NCBI GenBank assembly: GCA_963729835.1
Contig: CAVSQF010000022.1
Coordinates: 296,150 to 360,149 of the forward strand
Source: an uncultured delta proteobacterium
Lineage (GTDB): Bacteria; Desulfobacterota; Binatia; HRBIN30
Direction: 5' to 3'
DNA: 64,000 nucleotides
In this document: in pieces, positions 29,280-39,149 of the stretch
Numbering within the stretch: the stretch's first letter is position 1
Layout of the letters: every line of letters begins with the position of its first letter
Translations under genes and position numbers: made by a program
Notes under the pieces: model-generated
The model's input: only the letters and a program-made list of their open reading frames with translations
What the model was told of the DNA's origin: nothing
Databases searched by the model: none

Positions 29280-30605
29280 TCATCGGATTGACCGTACCTC
29301 TACCTGTAGCGGCACGTCCCGTGCGGCCATGAAGGCGCGCGGATCGAGTCCCGGCGGCAGCGCGTAGCTGACGGACATGAGTTGGTGCCGCCCGGCACCG
29401 ACGTGTCCCCATTGGTCCAGCTGATAGCCGATCCCCGGCTCTTCCCCCGGCGCTGATTCCGGCGGGTGTGCCTGCCCGGTCTCGCGGTAGAAGAGCCGGC
29501 GGCGGGTAGTGGCGAGCGACGGGCTGACTTGCAGGGCGTTGAGCAACGTGATGCCCGGGCCCGTGAGCGCGAACCAAGAGTCCGGCTGGCTGTTCAACGC
29601 CACCTTCTGTCCGGTCATCACGCCGTCGATCGGAATCGGCTGCGGCAGGCTGGGCACCAGGACCGACCAACCGCGCAGGTCGCGGAAGTCCAGAACCGCG
29701 CGGATCATGATGTCTGTGAAGAAATACGTCGGCGGGAAGTTCAGACGCAACGCCACCGGCAGCTCCGCGAAGTCGCGGTAAAAATAGGTGTACGATCCGA
29801 AGGTCGGGGAGTGGATGCCCCACCCGAGGCGAATCCACTGATGCTGGTTGCGGATGACCCGGATCGGGCCCTGGCGCCACCCGGCGAACTCGGTCGACAG
29901 GTCCGCCTCGCTGCGGGAGAGATGAATCAGTCCGAAGAGGAAGGTCGCGGTGGCACGCACCTTGAGCCGGTCGAGCAAGTTGCGCTCGCCGTCGTGCGCC
30001 GCACCAGCCACCGCCAGGTAATCGGGGATGCCGCCGCTGAACCCGAGCCGTACGCGTGCGCCAGCGATGCGATCGTGCGCGGCGTCGTAGCGGACGTACG
30101 CTGCAGGTGAGCGCGGCGCGGCGCCCGCGAAGGCCAGCAAGTAGACCCACCGGTCCGAGCCGGTGAGCGGATCATGGAGACGGATCTCGGCGGCCGGCGC
30201 CACGTCGGGCAGACCCGCCCGGCCGGCGCGCTCGCCGGCATCGGCGGCCATGAAGAGCATCTCCCCGTTGTCGTCGAGGATTGCGGGCCGCTCCTCCGGG
30301 CTTGCTCCGGGGCTGTGGTCGAGCACCCAGTGCCCCGCGGCATCTTGCTCATCGGCTTGGAAAGGAATCGGCTGACAGGCGGAGCGGCCACAGGCGTACA
30401 GTGCGAGCTGCGCAATCGGCCGCCCTCCGAATGGCGACAGATGCTGCCCGTCGAGGTGCACGACATCGCCGAACCGCACTTCCTGAGCGCCCGCCGGTAC
30501 GGCGCACCGCAAGACCAAAAAGCCAAACAAGATCAGGAATCGGGCCCAGGGAAGCTCGAAACGCGGCCAGCGGGTGAGTGTGTCGGTGCAGAATCTGCTT
30601 GACAT
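29280..30605 (-). CDS. secreted hypothetical protein
   Basis: 441-aa ORF, signal-peptide-like N-terminus (WARFLILFGFLVLRCAVPAGAQE), protein-like composition; no recognisable domain. Confidence 0.55.
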   Translation of the reverse strand: MSSRFCTDTLTRWPRFELPWARFLILFGFLVLRCAVPAGAQEVRFGDVVHLDGQHLSPFGGRPIAQLALYACGRSACQPIPFQADEQDAAGHWVLDHSPGASPEERPAILDDNGEMLFMAADAGERAGRAGLPDVAPAAEIRLHDPLTGSDRWVYLLAFAGAAPRSPAAYVRYDAAHDRIAGARVRLGFSGGIPDYLAVAGAAHDGERNLLDRLKVRATATFLFGLIHLSRSEADLSTEFAGWRQGPIRVIRNQHQWIRLGWGIHSPTFGSYTYFYRDFAELPVALRLNFPPTYFFTDIMIRAVLDFRDLRGWSVLVPSLPQPIPIDGVMTGQKVALNSQPDSWFALTGPGITLLNALQVSPSLATTRRRLFYRETGQAHPPESAPGEEPGIGYQLDQWGHVGAGRHQLMSVSYALPPGLDPRAFMAARDVPLQVEVRSIR

Positions 30606-30709
30606 TCAGAGCAGGCCTCACATATGGGAACGCTGCCAAACCGACTATAGCTCGTGTACGGCGTGGGCGCAGTGGAATGTGAGCGGAAAGCTAAAGAGGA
30701 GGTCCCCCG

Positions 30710-32687
30710 ATGGTACGAACTGGGCTGAAGGCGTGGGTGGTCGCGGGCGTGGTGGTGGTATCGCTGCTCGGATTGCGAGCCGGCAGCAGCGCGATCTCGC
30801 TCGACAGCGACGGCGACATGAAGTTGGGCGTGCGGACGTACGTCAACGCCCGAGTTGGGACGGAGGATACGCATGACGGTGTGATGACGACGCCCGTCAC
30901 CGATCCAACTACGGGCCAGTCCGTGACGACCTCGACCTCCGCGACCTTCCCACACTCGAGTCGCCGGCCATCTGCGGCAGAATCGTTTCTTCATCGAAGT
31001 CGAGCTGAACCACGACCTCGATCGGCTTGCGAATCAAGGCGTCGGCCCCTTGAGCCTCCTCAAAGAGTTGCCGTTCAAAGTGAAGGGGCTGGCGTACCAC
31101 TTCACGTTTCGCGGCGAGGGAGACGGTCTGTACGACTGGGGACCTTGGGAGTACAGCACGGCACAGCCGATCCAGGAATTGAGAACCACATCCCCCCCCA
31201 GCTCACTTGTCTACCGCCAAGGTCCCGGTGGGGCCCCCTTAGACTGCACCACTGACCCGCGCTGTGGCCGCCAAACTTTCATCGACGTCGCGGCAGAACG
31301 GGAGAAAATCCGCCGCCTCGGCACAGACCGGGAACGGCTGTTCCAAGCCTACGTCGAAGGGGATGTCGGGAATTTATTCGTGCGGGTGGGGCGGCAAATC
31401 CTCGCCTGGGGTGAAACGGACGCCTTCCGACTCCTCGATCAGATCAACCCGACCGACAGCAGCTTCGGAGGATTCCTCGTTCCCCTTGACGAACGGCGCC
31501 TCCCACTCGATATGCTCCTGGCCAACTACTACCTCGGTGATTACGGGCCGTTCACGGAGATGCATCTGGAAGGCTATGCGGCCATTGACAATAGCGTTTC
31601 GTACTATCCGGGCGGCAGCAGTGTCTCGCCGTGGGGGCTCCCGAGCGACACGGCACCGGGGAACGAGGTGGAGCACTTCCTCATCCGGCCTGCCCGGACC
31701 ATCAACAACACACGCGGCGGATTCCAGTTGAAGTTCAACGTCCTGGACGCCACGTTTGGCGTCGCGCATTATTACACGCACCCTGACATCGAGGCCCTGG
31801 ACTCCCACACAAATCCGTGGGACCCTAATGGCAGCGGCGCGAGGGGTTTGCTCACCGCCTTCGATGAGGGCCTCCCATGCCCGATTATGAGCGGCAACAG
31901 CTCACAGAGCGTGGTGATAGGTGAGGATTTCTCCAACCGTCATTGCGGTTATATGGTACACATGTATCACACGGCGCCGAAGATGCAGGTGACCGGCGCC
32001 TCGACAACGTTTGCTCTGCCGCAGTATTACAGCGTGTTTCGGAGTGAGTTCGCGTATTTCAAAGACGAGGCCCACTTCAGGCAGCGCCAGCTCGACCCCT
32101 TTATATACAATAACCCTTTCAACACCCCCGACCCTTTCCACCCAGGGAAGAACTACCCCCATCTTGCCACGGGAGGCCGGGATCTCGGAGACTCGCTCAA
32201 TGCCATGGTGGGCCTCGATAACAACCAGTGGATCCGGTTTCTGAACCCGAATCAAACCTTTTTCATCTCGACGCAGTTCTTCTACAAACACATTCTCGAC
32301 GCGGGGGACCACAACATCTGGAGCTTGGGCAAGAACGGTCAGCGGCTCCTCAACCCGAATCGCGAAGTCCTTCCACTCTATTTGACTGAGACGCCTAATG
32401 GAGGGCAGGCGGAACCTGTCTTCATCACCAACCCGGCGGACTCCTACCTGCAAACCCTGATGATCGGCACCGATTACCGGAGCGGTACAATCTCCCCCAG
32501 CCTGACGTTCTTCTACGACTGGGGCGGCGCTTTCGTTTATCAGCCGGCGATCACGTTCACCCATGATCCCTTCCGCTTCGCGATCGATTACAGCATAATC
32601 GACGCGCATATCTACAAGGGTGGCAGCGGCGTCAGCTTGCTCAAGGATCGGGACAACGTCCAGTTCCGCTTCGAGTATGTGATCTGA
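30710..32687 (+). CDS. DUF1302 family outer-membrane protein, interrupted by an apparent frameshift near 30930-30960
   Basis: Frame 1 gives signal peptide (MVRTGLKAWVVAGVVVVSLLGLRAGSSA). Frame 2 from ~30927 gives the DUF1302 body (...LFVRVGRQILAWGETDAFRLLDQINPTD...), ending FRFEYVI. No start codon with signal peptide exists in frame 2. Confidence 0.6.
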
Positions 32688-32958
32688 TTGGTGCGTCGTG
32701 CGTCCGCCGGGCAGGGGCAGCGACGGAATGCGCTCGCGGGTGATCCGTAGTGCATTCCAGTGAGTCGCGGTCGTGTCCGTCGACGCGTACAGACCCAAAG
32801 GCGACAGGGGGGTGAAGTCTGCTGAAAGACCGGGACAACGTGCAGTTCCGTCTGGAATATGTGATTTGATTTGTGGTAAATGCTGCGGGTCGCCTCCGGG
32901 GCACAGCGACCGCGTCGTGACTTTGCGTCAGAAGATCAGAAGAGAAGGGGAAGCGCGG

Positions 32959-33966
32959 GTGAGACATCTAGTGTGGGCTGCCACCGTGCTCTTGGCGAGT
33001 GCGAGGGCCGTACTGGCGGCCGAAACAGTACCGGCCGCACAGCTGCGGCAGAATTTGCTGTCGAGCTGCTTCGTCGATCTCAAGGAAGGGTGGGTCACCG
33101 CCGATCTCGGCCGTGTCTTCCATACCGTCGATGGGGCCAAGACGTGGGAGAAGCTGGCCGCGCGAGACCAGCGGTCATTCGTGGCGCTGAGTTGCCCGGA
33201 CAAGGGCCATCTGTGGGCCGCCGGGCAGGCGGGACGGATCGGGTACTCCACCGATGGCGCCCGTACCTGGACGATACAAACGAGCGGCACCGATCGCCAG
33301 CTTCTCGACATCGGGTTCGTGAATACGCAACGCGGCCTTGCCATCGGGGATTTCGGCACGATCCTGCGCACCGACGATGGTGGGGCAACCTGGACGAAAA
33401 TTCCGCTGCCCCGGGATATCAAGCTGCCGCCGGATGTTGCCGAGGTCGTCGATCCCGGCGATGTGGTTCTGTATGCGTTGGCTTTTCTGACCCCGGAGCA
33501 TGTGTGGGCGGTTGGTGAATTCGGGGTGATTGTGGAATCCACTGACGGGGGGCTGACGTGGCACTCGCAAGACAGCCGGACCCAAACGAGCCTCTTGGGG
33601 GTCTCTTTTGCCGATGAGCAACGCGGCTGGGCCGTTGGGCTCGAATCGACGTTGATCGCGACAACCGACGGCGGTACGACCTGGCGTAAACAGCAAATCG
33701 AAACGCCCAAGGGCTTTTCGCTCGCTCTGTATAACGTCGGGGTGCGCGGCAGCTACGGGTGGGCGATCGGCAATAGTGGATTCCTGCTTTCCAGCAAGGA
33801 TGCCGGGACGACCTGGCAGCTGGCCAAGGTCCCGGTAGAGATGGGCAGCAGCTGGTTTCGCGGTCTCTGGCTATTTCCGGACGGCCGTGGTTTTCTTGTC
33901 GGCTCACGCGGTCTGGTGCTCGCCACCGATCGCGACAGCTTCACACCAATGAAGCAGCTGTTCTGA
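32959..33966 (+). CDS. Ycf48-like BNR-repeat beta-propeller protein
   Basis: GTG start after RBS GAAGGGGA; signal peptide. Repeated T/S-x-D-G-G-x-T-W units (TVDGAKTW, STDGARTW, TDDGGATW, STDGGLTW, TTDGGTTW, KDAGTTW). Confidence 0.8.
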   Translation: MRHLVWAATVLLASARAVLAAETVPAAQLRQNLLSSCFVDLKEGWVTADLGRVFHTVDGAKTWEKLAARDQRSFVALSCPDKGHLWAAGQAGRIGYSTDGARTWTIQTSGTDRQLLDIGFVNTQRGLAIGDFGTILRTDDGGATWTKIPLPRDIKLPPDVAEVVDPGDVVLYALAFLTPEHVWAVGEFGVIVESTDGGLTWHSQDSRTQTSLLGVSFADEQRGWAVGLESTLIATTDGGTTWRKQQIETPKGFSLALYNVGVRGSYGWAIGNSGFLLSSKDAGTTWQLAKVPVEMGSSWFRGLWLFPDGRGFLVGSRGLVLATDRDSFTPMKQLF

Positions 33967-33994
33967 TGGGGTTGTTCAAGGAGGTCCCGAGGAA

Positions 33995-36517
33995 ATGATT
34001 CCGCGGCGATGGATTGAAGCCTACCTCCATTTCTTGCTGCGCAATCGTCGCTCGGTTGCGGTCGTCGTGGCGTTGATGACGCTGTTCTTCGCGGCGGCCC
34101 TCCGGAACACTCGGCTGCACACGGACTTCTTCGATTTCTATCCGCGCCGGCACCCGTACATCCAGTTCTACAACGAGTTCCGCAAGATGTTCGGGACCGC
34201 CAACATCATGAGCGTGATCTTGGAGGTCAAGCACGGCGACATCTACAACCCGGCAACCCTCCAGAAGCTCGATCGCATCACCAAGTTCATGATCAACACC
34301 AAGGGAGTGGTGCCGTACCAAATTCTGTCGATCGCGCACCCGGCGGTGAACAGCGCCACGGTCGTGCAGGGTGCCGTGCAGATCGTCCCGGTGTTCTACC
34401 CCGGCGTCCCGCAAACGCAGGAGGATGCGGAGCGCGTACGTTTTGCGGTGTACGCCAATCCCAACATCCGTGGCATCTACGTTTCTCACGACGATACGGC
34501 GGCGGTCGTGAACGTCGGCTTCTGGGAAGAGGCGCTCGACTTCCAATACCTCGATAAGCGCATGATGGAACTCAAACATGCCGAGGAGGACGCGAATCAC
34601 ACCATCTACATTACCGGGTTTCCGTGGCTGTACACCTCTGTGTTGCAGTACGCCTACGAGCTGCCGCTCGTCTTCGGCTTTACGCTGTTCGCGCTGGCTT
34701 TCCTGTTGTTCACCTATTTTCGCACCTGGACGGGGATCTGGGTGCCGATATTCTCGGGCGTCCTATCCGGGATCTGGGGCCTGGCGATCGCCGCCCTGCT
34801 GGGATTCAACGTCGATCCACTCGTGTTAGTGATCCCGATCTTCCTAACGGCACGTACGCTCAGCCATTCAGTGCAATCCATGGACCGCTACCACGAGGAG
34901 TACTACCGCTTGCAGGACAAACACCAGGCGATCGTGGTCTCGTACTCCCATCTTTTCCCGCCGGCCATTGCTTCCATCTTTGCCGACGGCATGGCGCTGC
35001 TGATCGTTGCCGTCGGGCCGATCCCGTTGATCCAGAAAGTCGCGATCTTCGCGAGCTTCTGGATCGTGTCTATGTTCATCAGCGTCGTGACGCTCCATCC
35101 GATCATTCTGTCGTACATCAATCCGCCGCATCATGCGGAGGCGCATGCCCAAGAAGGGCCGGACCGCGTGCACATCGGGGTCGCGACGGCGATACTGGCA
35201 GTGGCGGTCGCTGCGGCGATTACGGCCACGGAGTTGGCGCTCATACCGGGCCGCGGGGCGGTGCTTGCCGTCTGCCCGATCATCGCCTGGTACTGGTTCA
35301 CCTATTCGGAGCGGATTTATCCCGCCTTCACCGAGCTCGTCATCAACGCCAGCGTCGGGTATCGACGTTGGCTCGTGATTGCGCTGACGATTGCGCTCTA
35401 TTTATTGCTGCCCGTTTGGGGGTGGACCTTGAAGGTCGGGGATATGACGCCGGGTGCCGCGCTGCTATTTCCCGATCACCCCTACAACGTTGCCTACCGG
35501 AAACTGAACGACAAATTCCTCGGTGGCAGCCAGCTCATCGTCATCGCGGACACGATGAAGCCCGATGGGGTGAAAGGCTTCGCCGCCTTGACGGCCATGG
35601 AGGAGTTTGCCGATCACATGGCGACGGCGCAGGGCGCCAGCGGGTCCATCACCATCGTCGACATCGTGAAGCAGCTCGAGCGCCTGCAACACGAAGGCGA
35701 TCCGAAATGGGGCTTGGTGCCGGTCAATCCCAAGGAGATCGGGCAGGTCATCTACAGCTTCCAGGCAAGAGCCGCCGTGACCTCGCTGAATCTGTTCATG
35801 GATGCCAGCGCGCGCTACGGCTCGATCATCACGCTGTTTCGCGAGCACTCGCACGACACCATCATGCACTCGATTGCGCTCGCCAAGGCGTTCGCGAACC
35901 AGTATACGGGGGGCGAAGTCCAGTTCCGTTTCGCGGGCGGTCTGTTCGGCGTCTTGGCTGCCGTCAACGAGGCGGTGGAGAACTCGTACTGGATTAACCT
36001 CGGGATGATCTTCTTCATCGTCGCCTTCTGCTTGTACCTCACGTACGGGTCGTGGTACGCAGCGGGAATCCTGATGATTCCAGTGGTGCTGTCGCAATTG
36101 GCTGCAGAAGCCCTGATGGTGCTGATGCACATCGATTTGAATGTAAACTCCCTACCGATCGCGGCCGCCGGTGCCGGGGTGGGTGTCGACTACGGCATTT
36201 ATCATTTCAGCCGGATGGTGGATGCCTACGATGAAGTCGGCAAGCTCGACGAGGCGGTGGACTATGCCACGGCGACCACCGGCAAGGCGATTATTTTCAC
36301 CGCCTCCACCATGATGGCGGGCACCATCTTCTTCTGGCTCTCGAACCTGAAGTTCCAGGCCGAAATGGGGTTCTTGCTGGCATTGCTGATGCTCTTCAAT
36401 ACATTCGGAGGCTTGGTTGTGGTTCCGGCCTTCGTGAAAGTCCTCCGGCCTTCCTTCCTGACGGGCCGCAAACCGAAGACCGCCGCGCCGGACATCCGAG
36501 CCGCGGCGGCAAGCTGA
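33995..36517 (+). CDS. RND-superfamily exporter (MMPL/HpnN-like, 12 TM with two periplasmic loops)
   Basis: 840 aa. Two homologous halves, each with a TM bundle (e.g. GIWGLAIAALLGFNVDPLVLVIPIFLTARTLSHSVQ and GILMIPVVLSQLAAEALMVLMHIDLNVNS). Confidence 0.85.
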   Translation: MIPRRWIEAYLHFLLRNRRSVAVVVALMTLFFAAALRNTRLHTDFFDFYPRRHPYIQFYNEFRKMFGTANIMSVILEVKHGDIYNPATLQKLDRITKFMINTKGVVPYQILSIAHPAVNSATVVQGAVQIVPVFYPGVPQTQEDAERVRFAVYANPNIRGIYVSHDDTAAVVNVGFWEEALDFQYLDKRMMELKHAEEDANHTIYITGFPWLYTSVLQYAYELPLVFGFTLFALAFLLFTYFRTWTGIWVPIFSGVLSGIWGLAIAALLGFNVDPLVLVIPIFLTARTLSHSVQSMDRYHEEYYRLQDKHQAIVVSYSHLFPPAIASIFADGMALLIVAVGPIPLIQKVAIFASFWIVSMFISVVTLHPIILSYINPPHHAEAHAQEGPDRVHIGVATAILAVAVAAAITATELALIPGRGAVLAVCPIIAWYWFTYSERIYPAFTELVINASVGYRRWLVIALTIALYLLLPVWGWTLKVGDMTPGAALLFPDHPYNVAYRKLNDKFLGGSQLIVIADTMKPDGVKGFAALTAMEEFADHMATAQGASGSITIVDIVKQLERLQHEGDPKWGLVPVNPKEIGQVIYSFQARAAVTSLNLFMDASARYGSIITLFREHSHDTIMHSIALAKAFANQYTGGEVQFRFAGGLFGVLAAVNEAVENSYWINLGMIFFIVAFCLYLTYGSWYAAGILMIPVVLSQLAAEALMVLMHIDLNVNSLPIAAAGAGVGVDYGIYHFSRMVDAYDEVGKLDEAVDYATATTGKAIIFTASTMMAGTIFFWLSNLKFQAEMGFLLALLMLFNTFGGLVVVPAFVKVLRPSFLTGRKPKTAAPDIRAAAAS

Positions 36518-36555
36518 GACACGCGTACGATTAAGTGATGAGGAGGTTTTCGATT

Positions 36556-37866
36556 ATGATGTTCGCAAGACGCGCCCGTATGCATTGGGTCGTGGGCACT
36601 CTAGCTTTGGCGGCCATGTTCGTTGCCGGCTCAGCCCGCGCCGAGGAAGCCAGCAAGGACAAACCCTGGGTCCTCGACAGCAACAACTGGCAGCTCGGTA
36701 AGGATCTGCTGCCGGAGCCAGTACTCAACCGCGTGAAAAGCGGCGAATACCATTTCAAGGTCGTCCCGGTTGACCCAGATAAATTCAAGCAAAACTACTC
36801 CAAGAAGTTCTGGGAGGCGAGTGAGGCGAATGCCGGCAAGTACGGCATCGACACGGCCACCTGCGGCTTGAAAGACCTCAAGACCGGCAAGATTCCGGAC
36901 TTCTACTTCGGCTACCCGTTCCCGAAGATCGACCCGAAAGATAAGGACGCGGGCTGTGAGATGGCCTGGAATTTCATGGCCTCCAGTGAGCAGATCAACG
37001 GGTTCGGGGCAACGTTTACCTTGAACGGCATCGACGCGACAGGCGAGTTCAAGCGCATCAAACTCTGGATGCACATCCTTACCTTCATCGGCCGGTCGGC
37101 CGGCCCGATTCCCAACCCTGAGCACCTGCGTCACACGAGTGTGTCGAGCGTGACCGAGCCACAGGACGTCGACGGCGTCGGCGGCCTGACCAAAACCCCG
37201 AATGACTGGACCTCGGAGGATCAGTTTTGGGCGTACGTGCCGTCCACGCGTCGCGTGCGCCGCGTCAATGCCGCCAGCCGCTCCGACCCCGTGAACGGCC
37301 TGGACATCTTCGGTGACGACGTGAACTGTTACTCCGGCAAGACCGAGTTATACAAGTGGAAGCTGGTTGGTGAAGGCACCGTCCTGGCTGGCGTGCTCAG
37401 TCCGGAGCCGATCATACAAAAGCAGGTCAGCCCAACGCGGTGGGACGTTCCCATCCCGTACTTCAAAGGCGTCTACGAAACGGCGGGCGCGAAGGGAGCG
37501 CCGTGGCTCATCGTGGACAACCTGGTCATGATCCCGCGCCCGGTCTGGATTCTCGAGGCCCAGGCCGATGACCCGTACTACAACTTCGGGAAGGTCATCA
37601 TCTACATGGATAAGGACATGTACCGCATGTACTGGAAGCTGGTGCACAACCGCGCCGGTGAGTACTTCTATAATGCCATGTGCGCCTGGCACTTTTCGAG
37701 GTCCGAGGATGGGACGTTTACGGCCCCGGCACCGAACATGGTCGTGGGCGTGAACGACAAAACCAACCGCGCGGCCATCGGCGGACGCTACAGCTCACAG
37801 TTCATCGAGAATAAGTTCGACGACGACTACTTCACCCTGCACCACCTGACGCATATGTCTGACTGA
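36556..37866 (+). CDS. DUF1329 family periplasmic protein (LolA-like)
   Basis: SD AGGAGG 9 nt before ATG 36556, signal peptide. 443-aa range; blocks YFGYPFP, WAYVPSTRRVRR, YNFGKVIIYMDKDMYRMYWKLVHNRAGEYFYN. Confidence 0.75.
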   Translation: MMFARRARMHWVVGTLALAAMFVAGSARAEEASKDKPWVLDSNNWQLGKDLLPEPVLNRVKSGEYHFKVVPVDPDKFKQNYSKKFWEASEANAGKYGIDTATCGLKDLKTGKIPDFYFGYPFPKIDPKDKDAGCEMAWNFMASSEQINGFGATFTLNGIDATGEFKRIKLWMHILTFIGRSAGPIPNPEHLRHTSVSSVTEPQDVDGVGGLTKTPNDWTSEDQFWAYVPSTRRVRRVNAASRSDPVNGLDIFGDDVNCYSGKTELYKWKLVGEGTVLAGVLSPEPIIQKQVSPTRWDVPIPYFKGVYETAGAKGAPWLIVDNLVMIPRPVWILEAQADDPYYNFGKVIIYMDKDMYRMYWKLVHNRAGEYFYNAMCAWHFSRSEDGTFTAPAPNMVVGVNDKTNRAAIGGRYSSQFIENKFDDDYFTLHHLTHMSD

Positions 37867-37870
37867 AGCA

Positions 37871-37950
37871 GTTGCTAGGGTGTTAGGTTGTTATGTTGTT
37901 AGGTGTTTTGACTTCACAACGTAACAACCTAACAGCCAACAACCTAGTCA
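37871..37950. repeat. palindromic REP-like element, copy B (same family as 29199-29272)
   Basis: Shares GTTGCTAGG, GTTGTTATGTT, GTTGTTAGGTGTTT and CAACCTAG blocks with copy A. Between convergent gene ends. Confidence 0.7.
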
Positions 37951-37951
37951 C

Positions 37952-38284
37952 TCAGCCGTGCGGCAATTCCGTCCGCAGCCAGCGGGCGATCCAGCCGTCC
38001 TGGCCTTCGGTTTCCTGGCGGGCAATCTCTTTCAAATCGCCTTGGTCCAACCACATACCGTAGCAGCTCGGACACTCGTTGACGGAGACTTTGCGGAGCG
38101 TACGTTGGCGTAAGGGCTCGCCGCACTTCGGGCAAAGCATATCGGTTCCTTGCTTGCCCTCTTCCTCGCGGCGGCGCATCTCTTTCACCAATTTCCGATC
38201 GCGTTCGGCGAAAAACTGATCTTCCCGGCCGCGTTCCGCGTCGCGCAGCTTGTCGCCGAAGCGATCCTTGTTATCATGCGTCAT
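37952..38284 (-). CDS. zinc-ribbon domain protein (zf-TFIIB-like)
   Basis: RBS GGGAG. MTHDNKDRFGDKLRDAERGREDQFFAERDRKLVKEMRRREE...CPKCGEPL...CPSCYGMWLDQGD. The rest of track ORF 37952..39316 is artefact. Confidence 0.6.
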   Translation of the reverse strand: MTHDNKDRFGDKLRDAERGREDQFFAERDRKLVKEMRRREEEGKQGTDMLCPKCGEPLRQRTLRKVSVNECPSCYGMWLDQGDLKEIARQETEGQDGWIARWLRTELPHG

Positions 38285-38431
38285 CTTGTGCTCCCTCATC
38301 CCGCCTGCACCGCGAAAGTTAAGGTAGCCATCGCGCCTCGGGTTTGTCAATCTGGCTTCTGCTGGCTCCTGACTCCTGAATCCTGCTAGCGTGTGCGCGG
38401 AGAACCGCATCGCCCGGGCCGAGGAGCACCT

Positions 38432-39115
38432 GTGATTCCGTTGCGTGACACCATTCCATCGCGCCACTTCCCGTTCATCAATCTGGCGCTGATTGCCGTC
38501 AATTGCCTCACCTTCTTGTACGAGCTGCGCCTCGGCCACCGCTTGCCGTGGCTGATCGGTGTATTCGGTCTGGTCCCTGCACATTTTCATCTTTTGGCGC
38601 CGGCAAGCATGCTGCCGCTGTTCACCAGCATGTTTCTGCACGGCGGATGGATGCACCTGCTCGGCAACATGCTCTTCTTGTACATCTTCGGTGACAATGT
38701 CGAAGACCGCCTGGGACATGCCCGCTACCTGCTGTTCTATCTTCTGAGTGGCGCGGCGGCGGGGGTGGCACAAGTGTACAGCGCTGGCCACACGAACATG
38801 CCCATGATTGGGGCGAGCGGTGCCATCGCCGGCGTCTCCGGAGCCTATTTCCTGTTCTTCCCCACGGCCCGGGTGGTGACCCTGGTTCCGATCTTCTTCT
38901 TCTTTCAGATCGTCGAGATACCGGCGGTGATTTTCCTGCTGCTGTGGTTCCTGCTGCAGGTGTTTTATGGCCTGGCTACGGTTTCGGTGGTGGGCCGGGC
39001 GGTGGGCGGCGTCGCCTGGTGGGCGCACGTCGCCGGCTTTCTCTTCGGCGCGGTCGCCGGGCCGCTGCTGGCCTGGCAACCGCGCCGCGCTCACGCCCGC
39101 AGCGTGCGCTGGTAA
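38432..39115 (+). CDS. rhomboid-family intramembrane serine protease
   Basis: RBS GAGGAG + GTG. GASGAIAGV (Ser), HVAGFLFGAVAG (His), WMHLLGNMLFLYIFG. Confidence 0.85.
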   Translation: MIPLRDTIPSRHFPFINLALIAVNCLTFLYELRLGHRLPWLIGVFGLVPAHFHLLAPASMLPLFTSMFLHGGWMHLLGNMLFLYIFGDNVEDRLGHARYLLFYLLSGAAAGVAQVYSAGHTNMPMIGASGAIAGVSGAYFLFFPTARVVTLVPIFFFFQIVEIPAVIFLLLWFLLQVFYGLATVSVVGRAVGGVAWWAHVAGFLFGAVAGPLLAWQPRRAHARSVRW

Positions 39116-39149
39116 CCGCCCGTTCACCCATGTACGGTACTCAGTGGCA

